Shown: in pieces, positions 37,467 through 48,206 of the stretch
Numbering within the stretch: position 1 is the first letter of the stretch
How the letters are laid out: every line of letters starts with the position of its first letter
Notes under the pieces: generated by a model
The model's database searches: none
What the model was told of the DNA's origin: nothing
What the model saw: the letters and a program-made list of their open reading frames with translations, nothing else
IMG/VR virus record: IMGVR_UViG_2898907183_000003
Coordinates: 5,759 to 69,758 of that record
Strand: one strand, 5' to 3'
Origin: a virus
Taxonomy: Duplodnaviria; Caudoviricetes
DNA length: 64,000 nucleotides
Made by a program: the position numbers and the translations under genes

Positions 37467-38982
37467 TACGGGGGCGCAGTTTCCTCCGGCTAATGCCATT
37501 GAAAGACTAGCAAAATACGAGCGAGGTAGACGAATATTCGAGGGAAAGCCGTACGAAGTTTATGAACGCGCTACCGAACTTCTCAAGGAGACACCGCACG
37601 CCCCTCAGTTACAAAAGCTATACATCGCAGTCAATATCATCGACGTACTCATAACAAAAGCTGCCGACCTGATGTTTGGGGAGCCGCCCAGCTACGAATC
37701 CGGTCTGCCCGATGATTCGCCGCAACAGCAACGCCTCAACTCGATAGTCGAGGAGAACGATTTAAATCAAATCGGTCATGAGATCGTCATTGGCGCGGGC
37801 ATCCGAGGTGACGCGTGGATCAAAGTCTTCTACGACAGGCGCGGTGACTTCTCCGAGGTCCCAACGGATGACAACGGAACGCCACTCGTCGACCTCCCGG
37901 CACCCGAACCGATCATCGAGGCGGTCGACCCCTCGTACGTGTTCCCGGAGCTTTCACGCGGCTCCCGCAAGCGGTTCAAGGCGGTGAACATCGCATGGGT
38001 CGAATGGGTCGAGACACGTAACGATGAGATTCCGTATCTGAACGTCGAGCGCCACGTTCCCGGTTTTATCATGTACGAGCGCTATCGGTTGCAACCGAAA
38101 GACGTGGACAATACGTACGGCGCGCCGATCCAGACGTTTACGATCGGCGAGCAGGTGGAGACCGACCGCGACTCCGATATCGTCGAAACGGGCCTGACGT
38201 GGATCCCGGTTTTCCACGTTCCGTATAAGACAACGGACGACGATTGGCAGGGAATCAGCGGTATCGAGAAGCTGGAAAGCGTGTTGGCCGCGATTAACGA
38301 CCGGCTCGTGCAGATCGATTACATCCTGTGGAAACATTCGGACCCGACGGCCTACGGCCCCGATTTAGGTGATATAAACGTCCGGATATCCGGCCGTTAT
38401 ATTCCAGTGGGAAAAGACGACCAAACTCCCGGATACATGACGTGGGATTCGCAGCTAGACGGCGCGTTCAAGGAGCTTGATTACCTCATCGGTCTCGTGT
38501 TCCAGATGAGTGAAACGCCGCAATGGTTGTTTGGGACCACGTTGACTCCCGATAGCGGCGGAACAGGCACGTCACACACCGATGGCGTCGCGATCAAGGC
38601 GCGGTTCATGCCGATCCTCTCGAAAATCAAGCGGATTCGCGTACACGTTGACCGCGCGTTCCGTGACGCGTTGTGGACCGCAATGGAGCTCGAAAACTTC
38701 GCCAACGAAGGCGTCGAGGGCTTCACAAAATATGAACCGGTATATCCGACAATCGCATGGAAAGACGGGATCCCGCGCGATGAGAAAGAACTCGCGGAGA
38801 TTATGCAGATTCGCACCGGCGGCAAGCCGACGATAGACGTTCAAAGCGCAATCAAGCGCATGGACGAAGTGGACGACGATAAGGCCCGCGAGATTATGAC
38901 GCGGATTGAAGAGGACGAGAAAACGGCGAATGGATTCGTCGACTCGTCCATTTTTAATGGCGGTGTGGGGAGCGATAGCTAA
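37450..38982 (+). CDS. Portal protein (SPP1 gp6-like)
   Basis: Position after terL, about 510 aa, acidic C-terminus; TTG start 7 nt after AAAGGAGG. Confidence 0.85.
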   Translation: MGKLFDTGAQFPPANAIERLAKYERGRRIFEGKPYEVYERATELLKETPHAPQLQKLYIAVNIIDVLITKAADLMFGEPPSYESGLPDDSPQQQRLNSIVEENDLNQIGHEIVIGAGIRGDAWIKVFYDRRGDFSEVPTDDNGTPLVDLPAPEPIIEAVDPSYVFPELSRGSRKRFKAVNIAWVEWVETRNDEIPYLNVERHVPGFIMYERYRLQPKDVDNTYGAPIQTFTIGEQVETDRDSDIVETGLTWIPVFHVPYKTTDDDWQGISGIEKLESVLAAINDRLVQIDYILWKHSDPTAYGPDLGDINVRISGRYIPVGKDDQTPGYMTWDSQLDGAFKELDYLIGLVFQMSETPQWLFGTTLTPDSGGTGTSHTDGVAIKARFMPILSKIKRIRVHVDRAFRDALWTAMELENFANEGVEGFTKYEPVYPTIAWKDGIPRDEKELAEIMQIRTGGKPTIDVQSAIKRMDEVDDDKAREIMTRIEEDEKTANGFVDSSIFNGGVGSDS

Positions 38983-39914
38983 TGGCCGACTTTCGCGAGG
39001 TCCCGGCCCCGAATTACGAGTACGAGATCAAAAAACTCGTATCTGCGTACACTAAAGCGATGTATCAAATATCAGCCGAACTCCAACGCCTAGATATTAC
39101 GGACATGTCTCGCGCAAGTACCGCAGCGGCCTTGGCGGAAGTCGTACGTATTCTTGCGGAGCTTAACGAGACATCTACGGAATGGGTCACACGAAATCTA
39201 CCCATCGCGGCAACCGACGGAGTGGCGGCGACTATCTTCGCGCTAGGTGTCGCGGAAACGATCGAGGAGGCCCGCAATATCGCGAAGTTCAACCGAATGA
39301 ACAAAGCGATGGTCGACGCGGTGATCGCGGACACCCAAAGCGATCTCCTCGCGGTGACGCAGAACGTCGAACGAAAGGTCCGCGCGGCCGTTCGTCAGGT
39401 AACCGCCGAGTCGATGCGTGCGAATATGGCGCGCGGCGTCAACGGGCGTCGCACGATCAGCCGGGATATTCTCGATGGCCTTCGGAAGAAGCTCGGGGAT
39501 TCCGTGAATACCGGGATCATTGACGCGGCCGGCCGTCGGTGGCGTCCCGAGGTGTACGTTGATATGGCCGTTCGTACAAAGATGCGGGAGGCTCACGTCG
39601 AGGCTACGACCAACGAAGCGATTCAACGCGGTGCCCTCTACGGCATCATCTCACGTCATGGCGCAACGGACGCGTGTCGGTATCATGAGGGGCGGATTAT
39701 CAAACTTTCGCCGGACGCCCCCGGCAACTATCCGACATATGCGGAGTTGCGCGCGACGAATCAGATATTCCATCCAAACTGCCGGCACGTAATTTCCCCA
39801 TTACGCGACCCGTCCAAACTTCCGGATTCGGCTCGTTCGCGAGCCGAACGACAAGCGGAATTGGGCGATAAGGCAATCGCGACAGGTAAACGAAATCCCC
39901 AAGGCGTCGAGTGA
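38982..39914 (+). CDS. Minor capsid/head morphogenesis protein
   Basis: DAAGRRW, ISRHGATDAC, FHPNCRH. Confidence 0.85.
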   Translation: MADFREVPAPNYEYEIKKLVSAYTKAMYQISAELQRLDITDMSRASTAAALAEVVRILAELNETSTEWVTRNLPIAATDGVAATIFALGVAETIEEARNIAKFNRMNKAMVDAVIADTQSDLLAVTQNVERKVRAAVRQVTAESMRANMARGVNGRRTISRDILDGLRKKLGDSVNTGIIDAAGRRWRPEVYVDMAVRTKMREAHVEATTNEAIQRGALYGIISRHGATDACRYHEGRIIKLSPDAPGNYPTYAELRATNQIFHPNCRHVISPLRDPSKLPDSARSRAERQAELGDKAIATGKRNPQGVE

Positions 39915-39999
39915 TCGGCGCTTTTCTCTTGTCCTACGAGCTGACGTAAAACGGTCGGAAATCTACGGTCTACGCGGACCTTAAACGTGGAGGTAACGA

Positions 40000-40713
40000 A
40001 TGAGCGAACCGATTCAACAAGAGCAAGTAACTAGCGCCGAACAACTGGCGCGAACAGAAGGTACGTACAGAAAAGAAAAAGGCGATACTCCTGAGAAGGT
40101 CAATGATGCTCACGAAAAAACTTTCACCCAGGAGGACGTCGACCGTATTGTTCTCGAAAGGATCGCACGGGAACGAAAGAAGCTCGAACGATTTGCAGAC
40201 TACGATGACATTAAAGCGAAACTCGCCGAGTATGAGAAAGAGCGCGAGGAACGGCAACGCGCGGAAATGACGGAGATTGAGCGTTACAAAGCGGACTACG
40301 AAAAGGTAACGTCCGAAAAACAAACACTCGAACAGCAGTTGACGGAGCTTCGCGAAACGATCAAACGCGAGAAGATCGTCAACGAATTTATTAAGGTTGC
40401 AACCGCGCTGAACGTCGCTTACATTGACGACGCGCTGAAACTCGCCGACCTATCCGCGGTAACGGTCGATGAGGATGGCGTTAAGGGCGTCAAGGAGGCG
40501 GTCGAGGCGTTGGTTCAACATAAACCCTTCCTGCTTGCGCAAGCGAAAAAGGAACCGAAAACAGTCGGCGGCCCTTCGAATCCTAACCCGGATGGAACCG
40601 CGCAAAAGACCGCAGAGCAATTGTTGAAAGAGGCGGCGGAAAAAGCGCGGAGAACCGGTCGGATCGAGGACCGCATGGCCTACGCACAGTTGAAAAAAGA
40701 ACTTGGTTTGTAA
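40000..40713 (+). CDS. Capsid scaffolding protein
   Basis: KTFTQEDVD motif and coiled coil; upstream of capsid gene. Confidence 0.85.
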   Translation: MSEPIQQEQVTSAEQLARTEGTYRKEKGDTPEKVNDAHEKTFTQEDVDRIVLERIARERKKLERFADYDDIKAKLAEYEKEREERQRAEMTEIERYKADYEKVTSEKQTLEQQLTELRETIKREKIVNEFIKVATALNVAYIDDALKLADLSAVTVDEDGVKGVKEAVEALVQHKPFLLAQAKKEPKTVGGPSNPNPDGTAQKTAEQLLKEAAEKARRTGRIEDRMAYAQLKKELGL

Positions 40714-40772
40714 TGAGACGGCTCGATAGCGGGTCGTCTTTTTCATTTCAAAATTTAGGAGGAAAGTAACTA

Positions 40773-41867
40773 ATGGCAAAAGTTTATGACGCTTCTCTTA
40801 TCGGTAAACGTGAATCTGTAGTTGATCAAATCCTGCTGCTGAATCCGCACCAAACTCCGTTGATCAACCTGCTCGGCTTCTCTCAGCCTGTAACTCAAGT
40901 TGAGCATGTATGGTTCGAGGATGAAATGTTCGCGGATGAATCCACCGTTGACGATGCTGATGGTTTGACCGCGTCCGATACCGCGCTGAAAGTAACAGAT
41001 GTTGAGCCGTTCCGCACGAACCAGGTAATCAAAATCGGTGAGGAACTCCTGCTCGTAACTGCTGTTGATACAGCCAATAAAACCCTGACCGTTACTCGCG
41101 GTTATGCTGGCACTACTGCTGCTGCTATCGCGAACGGCGCGAAGGTTGAAGTAATGTTCGTGGAAGGCGTAGAGGGCGCAGATGCTCGCGGCGCTCGCTA
41201 TAAAGCGCGCGTTCGTAAATCGAACCTGACGCAAATCTTCGATGACACTATCGAAATCTCCGGTACTGCACAAGCAGTAACTCAGTACGGTATTGACGAC
41301 CTGTACGAGTACGAGAAGCAAAAGAAACAACTGGAGGTAGCGCTGCAACTCGAAAAAGCGTTGATCAACGGCGTAAAGTACGAGAACGGTCAAATCCGTC
41401 AAATGGCCGGTCTGCGCTCCATGATCGTGACAAACGTAACCAACGTGGGCGGTGCGCTGACTGCAGACGCGATCAATAACCTGGCACAATCCATCTACGA
41501 AAAAGGCGGGTTTGCTTCCGGCGGCGACTACAAAATCATGGTCGGCGCGAAACAAAAACGCGCATTGAGCGCCTTGGATGCGAACAAAATCCAACTGACT
41601 CGCGCAGAGAACACCCGCGGTCAAACCGTTGATATGTTCGTAACCGATTTCGGCCAGTTCGAAATCGTACTGAATAACAACCTGGCTCCGGACGAACTGT
41701 TCCTCGTTGACGTGAACCGCATGGCTATCAAGCCTCTGCAATCTCGTGAGTTCGGGCACACCTTCCTCGGCCAAAAAGGTGACTACACGACTGGTATGAT
41801 CGTCGGTGAGTACACCTTCGAGTTCCGTCAAGAAAAAGCTCACGGCCGTCTGAAAGGTCTGTCCTAA
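40773..41867 (+). CDS. Major capsid protein (SU10/DUF5309-like) with inserted beta-rich domain
   Basis: NLTQIF, QKKQLEVALQLEKALING; strong codon bias; insertion TRGYAGTTAAAIANG. Confidence 0.85.
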   Translation: MAKVYDASLIGKRESVVDQILLLNPHQTPLINLLGFSQPVTQVEHVWFEDEMFADESTVDDADGLTASDTALKVTDVEPFRTNQVIKIGEELLLVTAVDTANKTLTVTRGYAGTTAAAIANGAKVEVMFVEGVEGADARGARYKARVRKSNLTQIFDDTIEISGTAQAVTQYGIDDLYEYEKQKKQLEVALQLEKALINGVKYENGQIRQMAGLRSMIVTNVTNVGGALTADAINNLAQSIYEKGGFASGGDYKIMVGAKQKRALSALDANKIQLTRAENTRGQTVDMFVTDFGQFEIVLNNNLAPDELFLVDVNRMAIKPLQSREFGHTFLGQKGDYTTGMIVGEYTFEFRQEKAHGRLKGLS

Positions 41868-41926
41868 TACTGAACAATAAGCGCCCGCAGTCGTTTGATT
41901 GCGGGCATTTCTATTGAGGTGATTAC

Positions 41927-42160
41927 GTGGCTGAATATAAATCCCGTTACGTAGAACTTGGTTTCTACGTAGATGGACAGCATCGGAAGTTCCGCAACGG
42001 GCGTTACGTAACGGAGGACCCGAAAGAAATTGCGGTCCTCGACGCTCTCATCGATGCTGTCCGCGTTGATGAACCAAAGCAACCGGCCGCCGAGCCGAAA
42101 CCAAAAACGGAGGAACCCGCCCCTGCAGCGAAAGCACCGCGTAAATCCTCCGGAAAGTGA
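41927..42160 (+). CDS. Small head-associated protein
   Basis: Follows capsid gene; Pro/Ala/Lys-rich tail. Confidence 0.55.
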   Translation: MAEYKSRYVELGFYVDGQHRKFRNGRYVTEDPKEIAVLDALIDAVRVDEPKQPAAEPKPKTEEPAPAAKAPRKSSGK

Positions 42161-42179
42161 CGAACGGAGGTGACCGCAT

Positions 42180-42575
42180 GTGGCGGTGAACATTACGGAC
42201 GCCGACGCTTATATCGGCGCGAACGTCCTCGATAACGAAGATTGGACGGATTCTGACCCCGATAGGAAGCAACGGTTCCTAAACGTTGCGTCGCGCACGC
42301 TCTACACGAGGTATCCGACGTATACGATTCCGGACGAGGCCGTGTACGAGACCGCAGCGGCGTTCGCGGCGCGGTACAGCGACACGATGGTCCAGGCGCA
42401 GCGCGGCGTTCAATCGATTACGTTATCCGGGGTGGCCTCGTTTACATTTCGGGACGGTCCGAGGGAGCTCGCGCAATTGATCCCGCAGACGGCGCTCGAT
42501 TTGATCTCGGTGGACCCCGCGAACGCTGGCTTGTCGAAATTATCGCGCCGGAACGTTGGGTGGTCGGTGTTATGA
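42180..42575 (+). CDS. Head-tail adaptor
   Basis: ADAYI...W..S...K.RFL motif; position. Confidence 0.7.
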   Translation: MAVNITDADAYIGANVLDNEDWTDSDPDRKQRFLNVASRTLYTRYPTYTIPDEAVYETAAAFAARYSDTMVQAQRGVQSITLSGVASFTFRDGPRELAQLIPQTALDLISVDPANAGLSKLSRRNVGWSVL

Positions 42576-42916
42576 GCCTGATCCCGTTGAAACAAACGGT
42601 CACAATCACGCCCGCCAGCGGAACCGACGAATGGGACCGACCGATTGCGGGGACCCCGTATACGCTCCGTTGCCGCGTGCAAGAGGGCACGAAACTCGTT
42701 CGCTCGATGTCGGCAGGCTCGGGAGTCCACGGTGCCCAATCGCAAGAGGTCGTTTCTGTCGCGCAGATTTACTTCGATAAGTCTCCGAATATCGGAATGA
42801 ACGACACCATTACGTTTACCGACGAGAATGGCAACGTCAGAACCTATACGCCCATATCAATCGAAATCAAGCGGGGACTGAACGGTAAGGCGTTGCTGAC
42901 GGTGGTGAACGTGTAA
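42572..42916 (+). CDS. Head closure/stopper protein
   Basis: IPLKQTVTI...DEWDRP; position. Confidence 0.7.
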   Translation: MSLIPLKQTVTITPASGTDEWDRPIAGTPYTLRCRVQEGTKLVRSMSAGSGVHGAQSQEVVSVAQIYFDKSPNIGMNDTITFTDENGNVRTYTPISIEIKRGLNGKALLTVVNV

Positions 42917-43320
42917 TGGCACGCGATTTCGAACTCGATGTAACGAAGTTTATACGCGCCCTAGACGGAGCGACCGAAGCGATCGCGCGCGGAGCCAAAC
43001 GGGGCCTCCACGACGCACTCGACGATTGGCGGCGGGAGGCAACCGATGTCGCACCGCTGGACAAAGGGACATTGCGACGCGGGATCGACACGCAGATTGA
43101 AGGCGATGGCCTCGACCTGACCGGGGAGATTAGCGCGGTGGCTATCGAGGACTCGCGGAAGGGCCGGTTCAACTACGCTTATTATCTCCACGAGGTAAAA
43201 GGCGAAATCAAGAACCCGACCACACCCGGTACGATCGCGAAGTTCCTCGATGTGCCCGCGGAACAGAACGAAAAGAAATGGCTCGATATGATCGAGGATG
43301 AGATAAAAGCCGGTTTTTAG
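42916..43320 (+). CDS. HK97 gp10-like neck protein
   Basis: APLDKGTLRRG, YAYYLHE, AKFL. Confidence 0.8.
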   Translation: MARDFELDVTKFIRALDGATEAIARGAKRGLHDALDDWRREATDVAPLDKGTLRRGIDTQIEGDGLDLTGEISAVAIEDSRKGRFNYAYYLHEVKGEIKNPTTPGTIAKFLDVPAEQNEKKWLDMIEDEIKAGF

Positions 43321-43333
43321 GAGGTGAGCGGAT

Positions 43334-43789
43334 TTGTCGCTTCAAGACGAGTTGGCGTCCGTCGCCTCCTTCGTTGCGTCCGTGGTGCCCGGCGCACAGG
43401 TCAAGTACGATGTGCCGACGCAGCCGGTCGCAGCGAACCTCGTTGTCCGCGCGATCACCAACGATTTCGAGTCGGAGACGCGATACCACTACCGGATTGA
43501 CCGCGCGTATCAGATCGTCGCGTACGGTGCTGACGCGCTGGCTGTGACAACGAAAATGGACGCGATCTCGCGAAAGGTCATGGACGGGAAGACGGCGATT
43601 CCGATTGCGGGGACGCAGCGTTACATTCGCGTCAACGGATTCAACTTCGGTGCACCATTCAAGACCGAGAGCGGCCTTTCGGCGTGCATCGGCGTGTTGC
43701 AGACGGAGGTTCGCGAGGCACGGACGCAAGAAGAATACGAGAAGATATGGCACGTGTACTATCGCAATACGATTCGCGTGCCGCTTTAG
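43334..43789 (+). CDS. Tail terminator/completion protein
   Basis: Position directly before sheath gene. Confidence 0.6.
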   Translation: MSLQDELASVASFVASVVPGAQVKYDVPTQPVAANLVVRAITNDFESETRYHYRIDRAYQIVAYGADALAVTTKMDAISRKVMDGKTAIPIAGTQRYIRVNGFNFGAPFKTESGLSACIGVLQTEVREARTQEEYEKIWHVYYRNTIRVPL

Positions 43790-43845
43790 GCGCTGAGGCT
43801 CAACGCTTCGGCGCTTTTTATTTTCCTACGAGGAGTGATTCATAG

Positions 43846-44907
43846 ATGGCAACAGGCGGTCGGTGGGACCCCACCTCTTTACCAACGCGTCCCGGCCTGT
43901 ATATCAACTTCGTTGAAGCTGCCGCGGCGCAAATTAAGGGCGGGCCGCGCGGTATCGTTGCGATCCCGCTGAAACAATACGCGGGCACAGCGACCGCGAA
44001 ACAGTTCTACACGGTGGAAACCGAAAAGCAAGCGAACGACCTTTTCGGGGCTGCGAACATCCAATCGGTGAAGCTTGCGCTCCAGGGCGGAGCGAAAGAG
44101 GTTCTCGTTTACACGCTCCCGACGATCGATGGCGTGGATGTGACCGAGGATGAAGCGTATGCCGAGGCGTTCGAAGCGTTCGACGCGCGCCCGTTCAACG
44201 TGTTCGTGTTCGACGGCGAAGTGTCCGGCCAACTTGACGAAGCGTTTGCGTGGGTGAAACGAAACCGCGACGAGGGCAAGCACTTCTTCGTCGTGTTCGG
44301 CGGCAGCGCAACGGACGATGCCGATCCGGCTATCGGTAACGCGCGCTCGATCATGTATGCGGACGACTACGTAATCAACTTGATCGAGGGCGGCAAGCTC
44401 GGGGCCAACACGTACACGTCCGCTGAGTATGCGGCCTATATCGCGGGGCTCGTCGCGGGCACTCCGATAAACCGTTCGATCACGTACGCGCAGGTTCCGT
44501 TGGAAGACGTGAGCAAGCGGCTGACCAGTTCGCAGATCAAGTCGGCGCTGGAAGCGGGCTCGCTCGTTCTCGTTCACGATGGCGTGAAGGTCAAGGTCGA
44601 GCAAGGGCTGACCACGAGCAAGAAGAAAATCCGGACGATCAGCGCTCGCCAGGCGATTTCGACGGATATCACGATGACTGCGGCCGACAACTACATCGGT
44701 AAACTCGACAACAACGCCGATGGTCAAGCGGCGCTCATCTCGGCCGTGAAAGCGTACCTGGAACGGTTGGAGAACGCGAACGTTTTGGCCGATCCGGTCG
44801 TTACGCTCGACCCGCAATACGAATCCATCGGAGATTCGGTCTATCTGCTGATTTCCTACGTTGAAATCGACAGCATGGAACGTATCTTCCTGACCATTAA
44901 CGTGTAA
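43846..44907 (+). CDS. Tail sheath protein (XkdK-like)
   Basis: RPGLYINF, GVTT-like QGLTT, YIGKLDNNADGQAAL. Confidence 0.9.
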   Translation: MATGGRWDPTSLPTRPGLYINFVEAAAAQIKGGPRGIVAIPLKQYAGTATAKQFYTVETEKQANDLFGAANIQSVKLALQGGAKEVLVYTLPTIDGVDVTEDEAYAEAFEAFDARPFNVFVFDGEVSGQLDEAFAWVKRNRDEGKHFFVVFGGSATDDADPAIGNARSIMYADDYVINLIEGGKLGANTYTSAEYAAYIAGLVAGTPINRSITYAQVPLEDVSKRLTSSQIKSALEAGSLVLVHDGVKVKVEQGLTTSKKKIRTISARQAISTDITMTAADNYIGKLDNNADGQAALISAVKAYLERLENANVLADPVVTLDPQYESIGDSVYLLISYVEIDSMERIFLTINV

Positions 44908-44922
44908 GGGCGGTGAGAATAG

Positions 44923-45363
44923 ATGGGAGTTCTTGATCCAACTCGTACTATCTATGGCGATTTTGGCGAGGTATGGATGGACGGGAAGTGGTTGACGAAT
45001 TTCAATCACGCCGAGGCTTCAGTCGAAGTGGGGAAAGAAGAAATCCGTCGGTCAGGAACGCGTTGGACTGGTCACAAGGTAACTTCATTGACCGGGACTG
45101 GGACAATTAGCGGGTACAAGGTGACTACTGATCTTGTCGAAGCCATTAGCCAAGTTGCCAAAGATCGGGGAAAACCTTTTGTGACTGAGCTAGTCCTGAA
45201 ACTGGACGATCCTGATTCCTACGGTGCGTATCGTGTTCGATTGAAGGGAGTACAATTCGATACCATTCCACTGATGAACTTTCAGGCAGGTTCCATCGTC
45301 GAAGAGGAACTGCCTTTTACTTTTTCTGGGTTCGAATTTCTTGATGTAATCCACGAGCAATAA
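44923..45363 (+). CDS. Tail tube protein (XkdM-like)
   Basis: GTGTISGYKV, KLDDPD, EELPFTFS. Confidence 0.9.
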   Translation: MGVLDPTRTIYGDFGEVWMDGKWLTNFNHAEASVEVGKEEIRRSGTRWTGHKVTSLTGTGTISGYKVTTDLVEAISQVAKDRGKPFVTELVLKLDDPDSYGAYRVRLKGVQFDTIPLMNFQAGSIVEEELPFTFSGFEFLDVIHEQ

Positions 45364-45422
45364 TCTGGGCGACACGCGTCGCCCTTTTTACTTCGAAAAT
45401 AACCATGGAGGATGATTCATAG

Positions 45423-45806
45423 ATGGACGCATTACAGGCGTTACTCGGTGCAAACGTAAACCTCGAAAAACAAGTGTATATTAAACGTTTAGGCGTTCAT
45501 TTTACCGTCAAGGCCATCGATGGAGATACTCTGACTCGGATTCAGGAGAGGTCGACATGGTATGACGGTAAGGGAAAGAATCGAACTAAAGTAGTCGACG
45601 ACCAAAAAATGAACATGCTGATCGTAGCCGAGGGATGTGTTGACCCTAACTTTAGCGATCCGCGCGCTCTCGAAAAATACAAAGCATCCGACGCTGCGGA
45701 CTGCGTGAAGAAAGCGCTCTTGGCTGGTGAAATCGCGAAGTTGTCTAACGAGATTCTTTCGCTGTCGGGATTCGACGACGACGATTCCGAAGAAATAAAA
45801 AACTAA
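45423..45806 (+). CDS. Tail assembly chaperone (XkdN-like, gpG)
   Basis: LLAGEI...LSGFD; ends at slippery site. Confidence 0.85.
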   Translation: MDALQALLGANVNLEKQVYIKRLGVHFTVKAIDGDTLTRIQERSTWYDGKGKNRTKVVDDQKMNMLIVAEGCVDPNFSDPRALEKYKASDAADCVKKALLAGEIAKLSNEILSLSGFDDDDSEEIKN

Positions 45807-46021
45807 TTGAGGCGGGCGGAGAGGCGTTTATGCTTCATGTCATCTTTCAACGCCACGGCCTCCCGCCACATGAAGTGTACAATCTTCCTGTGCGTTGGAA
45901 ACGGTTCATGTATAAGAGTATGGAGATCCAACTCATGAAGGAGGAAGAAGAACGCAAGAAACTGGAACGAAAAGCGGAGCAACAACGTGTTAGACGTCGG
46001 GTGAAGGGAGGGGGAAGATAA
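45797..46021 (+). CDS. Chaperone extension (gpGT) via -1 frameshift at A AAA AAC (45797-45803)
   Basis: Canonical X XXY YYZ heptamer before stop; -1 frame reads KLIEAGGEAFMLHVIFQRHGLPP. Confidence 0.75.
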   Translation, partial: KKLIEAGGEAFMLHVIFQRHGLPPHEVYNLPVRWKRFMYKSMEIQLMKEEEERKKLERKAEQQRVRRRVKGGGR

Positions 46022-47755
46022 TTGGCATTTGATCTAGTCGCGCGTATACGAATCCAGGACCAAGCTACAGATAAACTCCGGCGGGTTACTCGTCAAGTAG
46101 AGCAATTAAACGCAGCTACAGAAAGAGTTACGAAGGCAACGGGATATTTTCGCGATGCAAATGGACGCCTCCGGGATTCGCTCGGCCGGTTCGCATCGGA
46201 GGTCCGAAAGGCCACAAACGGAGCGAATCGATTCCGAAACTCGACGAGTCAGATTGCGTCTGAGACATCTGCTTCTGCGGACGCACTCGGGGGATTTGTC
46301 TCAATGAAAGGTAGGTTAATTGCAGGACTTGCGGTTGCCCTTCCTGCGATTGCAGCGTTTAAAACTGCTTTTGCCGGGCTTAGTATGTCCATTGATTTTG
46401 CGAAAACCGCATTGTCCGCCTTCTATTCGTCGGTAAAGGAAGCAGGCAAACGCGAGATGGAGATTGTAACAATTCACGGACTTATGCAAGACCAAAAGAA
46501 AGCGGACAAATTCTTTAATTTCCTACAAAAACGCGCAGCTGAGTCTATTTTCAGCGAGCAGGATTTCTTATCCGTCGGCAAATCTTTCTTGCCTGTGACG
46601 AAAGACCTGAACCGGCTTGAAAAGCTCATGGCCCTTTCGGAACGACTCGCGATGAAAGAGCCAGATCAAGGGATGGAAGGTGCCGGATTCGCAATTCGCG
46701 AGTTGTTAAGCGGGGATGCCACAAGTTTGGCGGAACGGTTTAACATTCCGCGAAAGATATTGAACCAAATAAAAGCACTCGATTTCGACGATCAACTAAT
46801 CGCGCTTGATAAACTTCTCAACAAGATGGGCCTTACCGAGAAATTTCTGAAAGACATCGACGATACGGGATTTGCTCAATGGACACAAGCCACTGATAAA
46901 CTGAATCTCGCGTGGGCAAAGATGGGCACAGAAGCACTCAACGCGATAAAGCCTGCATTAAAAGAATTTAATAAGTTTCTGAACAGTCCTGCCATGAATA
47001 AACTTATGAAGATCGGTTCCGAACTCCTTGCGAATATTGGGAAAGGACTTGCATCCCTTTTTAATGGACTCCAAGACGCAATAGAACGTGCTTTAAACGA
47101 TCCGCGTTTTGACAAAATGGACATCTTCGCCAAGATTGATTTCGTGTTCGGAAACATCATGGAAGCGTTCGAAAAGTGGATGAACGCAGGCGGTCGTCAG
47201 AAACTACAAGAAGCGAGTGAGTGGCTGTCCAATAAGTTAACCAACCTCATCCGCGACATGACTCCAAAAATCACTAGCGTTGCTTTTGATGCAGGTAAAG
47301 CTATAGGTGAAGGTCTTGTCAGCGGCATTATGGAGGGGATACGACTTCGCCCTGAAGATCACCCTCTAACGAAATTGCAAGATAAAATCGAGGCAATGAA
47401 ACAGATGGGCGAGGACCCGTCAAAAACGCCGGTTTTTAAAGGTGAATCGAGTTTTTCTGCAGCACCTGAACAATCCGTTTGGGACCGAATAGTGAGTTGG
47501 TGGTACACGCCGAGTCACTATCACGGCTTAGACGAAGTGCCGTACGATGGGTATACCGCACGCCTCCACAAAGGCGAAATGGTTCTTCCGCGAGATGAAG
47601 CGGAGGCATACCGCAATAATGACGGTTCTAGCGGTGGTATCTCTATCGGAGAAATCCATATCCATGCTGCAGGTGGCGATGTAACCGATCCGAAAGTAGT
47701 CGATCTTTTGGCTAAGGCCATCGTGCGACAAGCGCTTGCTCATAGAACCCCTTAA
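46022..47755 (+). CDS. Tape measure protein
   Basis: Follows chaperones; helical; C-terminal HYHGLDEVPYDGY..RLHKGEMVL. Confidence 0.88.
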   Translation: MAFDLVARIRIQDQATDKLRRVTRQVEQLNAATERVTKATGYFRDANGRLRDSLGRFASEVRKATNGANRFRNSTSQIASETSASADALGGFVSMKGRLIAGLAVALPAIAAFKTAFAGLSMSIDFAKTALSAFYSSVKEAGKREMEIVTIHGLMQDQKKADKFFNFLQKRAAESIFSEQDFLSVGKSFLPVTKDLNRLEKLMALSERLAMKEPDQGMEGAGFAIRELLSGDATSLAERFNIPRKILNQIKALDFDDQLIALDKLLNKMGLTEKFLKDIDDTGFAQWTQATDKLNLAWAKMGTEALNAIKPALKEFNKFLNSPAMNKLMKIGSELLANIGKGLASLFNGLQDAIERALNDPRFDKMDIFAKIDFVFGNIMEAFEKWMNAGGRQKLQEASEWLSNKLTNLIRDMTPKITSVAFDAGKAIGEGLVSGIMEGIRLRPEDHPLTKLQDKIEAMKQMGEDPSKTPVFKGESSFSAAPEQSVWDRIVSWWYTPSHYHGLDEVPYDGYTARLHKGEMVLPRDEAEAYRNNDGSSGGISIGEIHIHAAGGDVTDPKVVDLLAKAIVRQALAHRTP

Positions 47756-47777
47756 ATGGTAATATCAAGAAAAATGC

Positions 47778-48206
47778 GTGGGGGTTCTTTTCATGGAAGT
47801 AGATCGTTCTGAAAAAATCCGACGCCAGTTTGACTTGGATTACGATGAGGAGTACATCAATTCCGAAAAAGGTATCCAAACAGGCATTATAAACGCACGT
47901 CAAAATCTCACTGTCGAACAGCAGTTGATTGTCAATTCTCAACTGGATAGACTCAGAAAATCTAAACTGGCTGCTTACTTACTACTGATTTTTCTTGGGT
48001 TCTTCGGTGCGCACAGGTTTTACGCTCGTAATCCGGGGATAGGGGTACTCATGATCCTGGTTTGGGTAGCAGGTTTTTTCATTTCGTTTATTCCTATCGG
48101 CCTGTGGCTGCTTGTCGATTTATTCCTAATCGGCAGACGTATCGACGAACTCAACAATGACATTGAATTTTCGGTAATCAAGAAGGTACAGTCCTTAAGC
48201 CAATAA
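47778..48206 (+). CDS. TM2/NINE-domain membrane protein (moron)
   Basis: KSKLAAYLLLIFLGFFGAHRFY...WLLVDLFLI; AT-rich insert in tail operon. Confidence 0.85.
   Translation: MGVLFMEVDRSEKIRRQFDLDYDEEYINSEKGIQTGIINARQNLTVEQQLIVNSQLDRLRKSKLAAYLLLIFLGFFGAHRFYARNPGIGVLMILVWVAGFFISFIPIGLWLLVDLFLIGRRIDELNNDIEFSVIKKVQSLSQ

Noticed and set aside
43879-45009. Long minus-strand ORFs (376 aa here; also 40770-41843, 13820-14671, 12369-13124, 23542-24360)
   Set aside because: Antisense shadows of well-supported plus-strand genes in GC-rich DNA, with no RBS or motifs.
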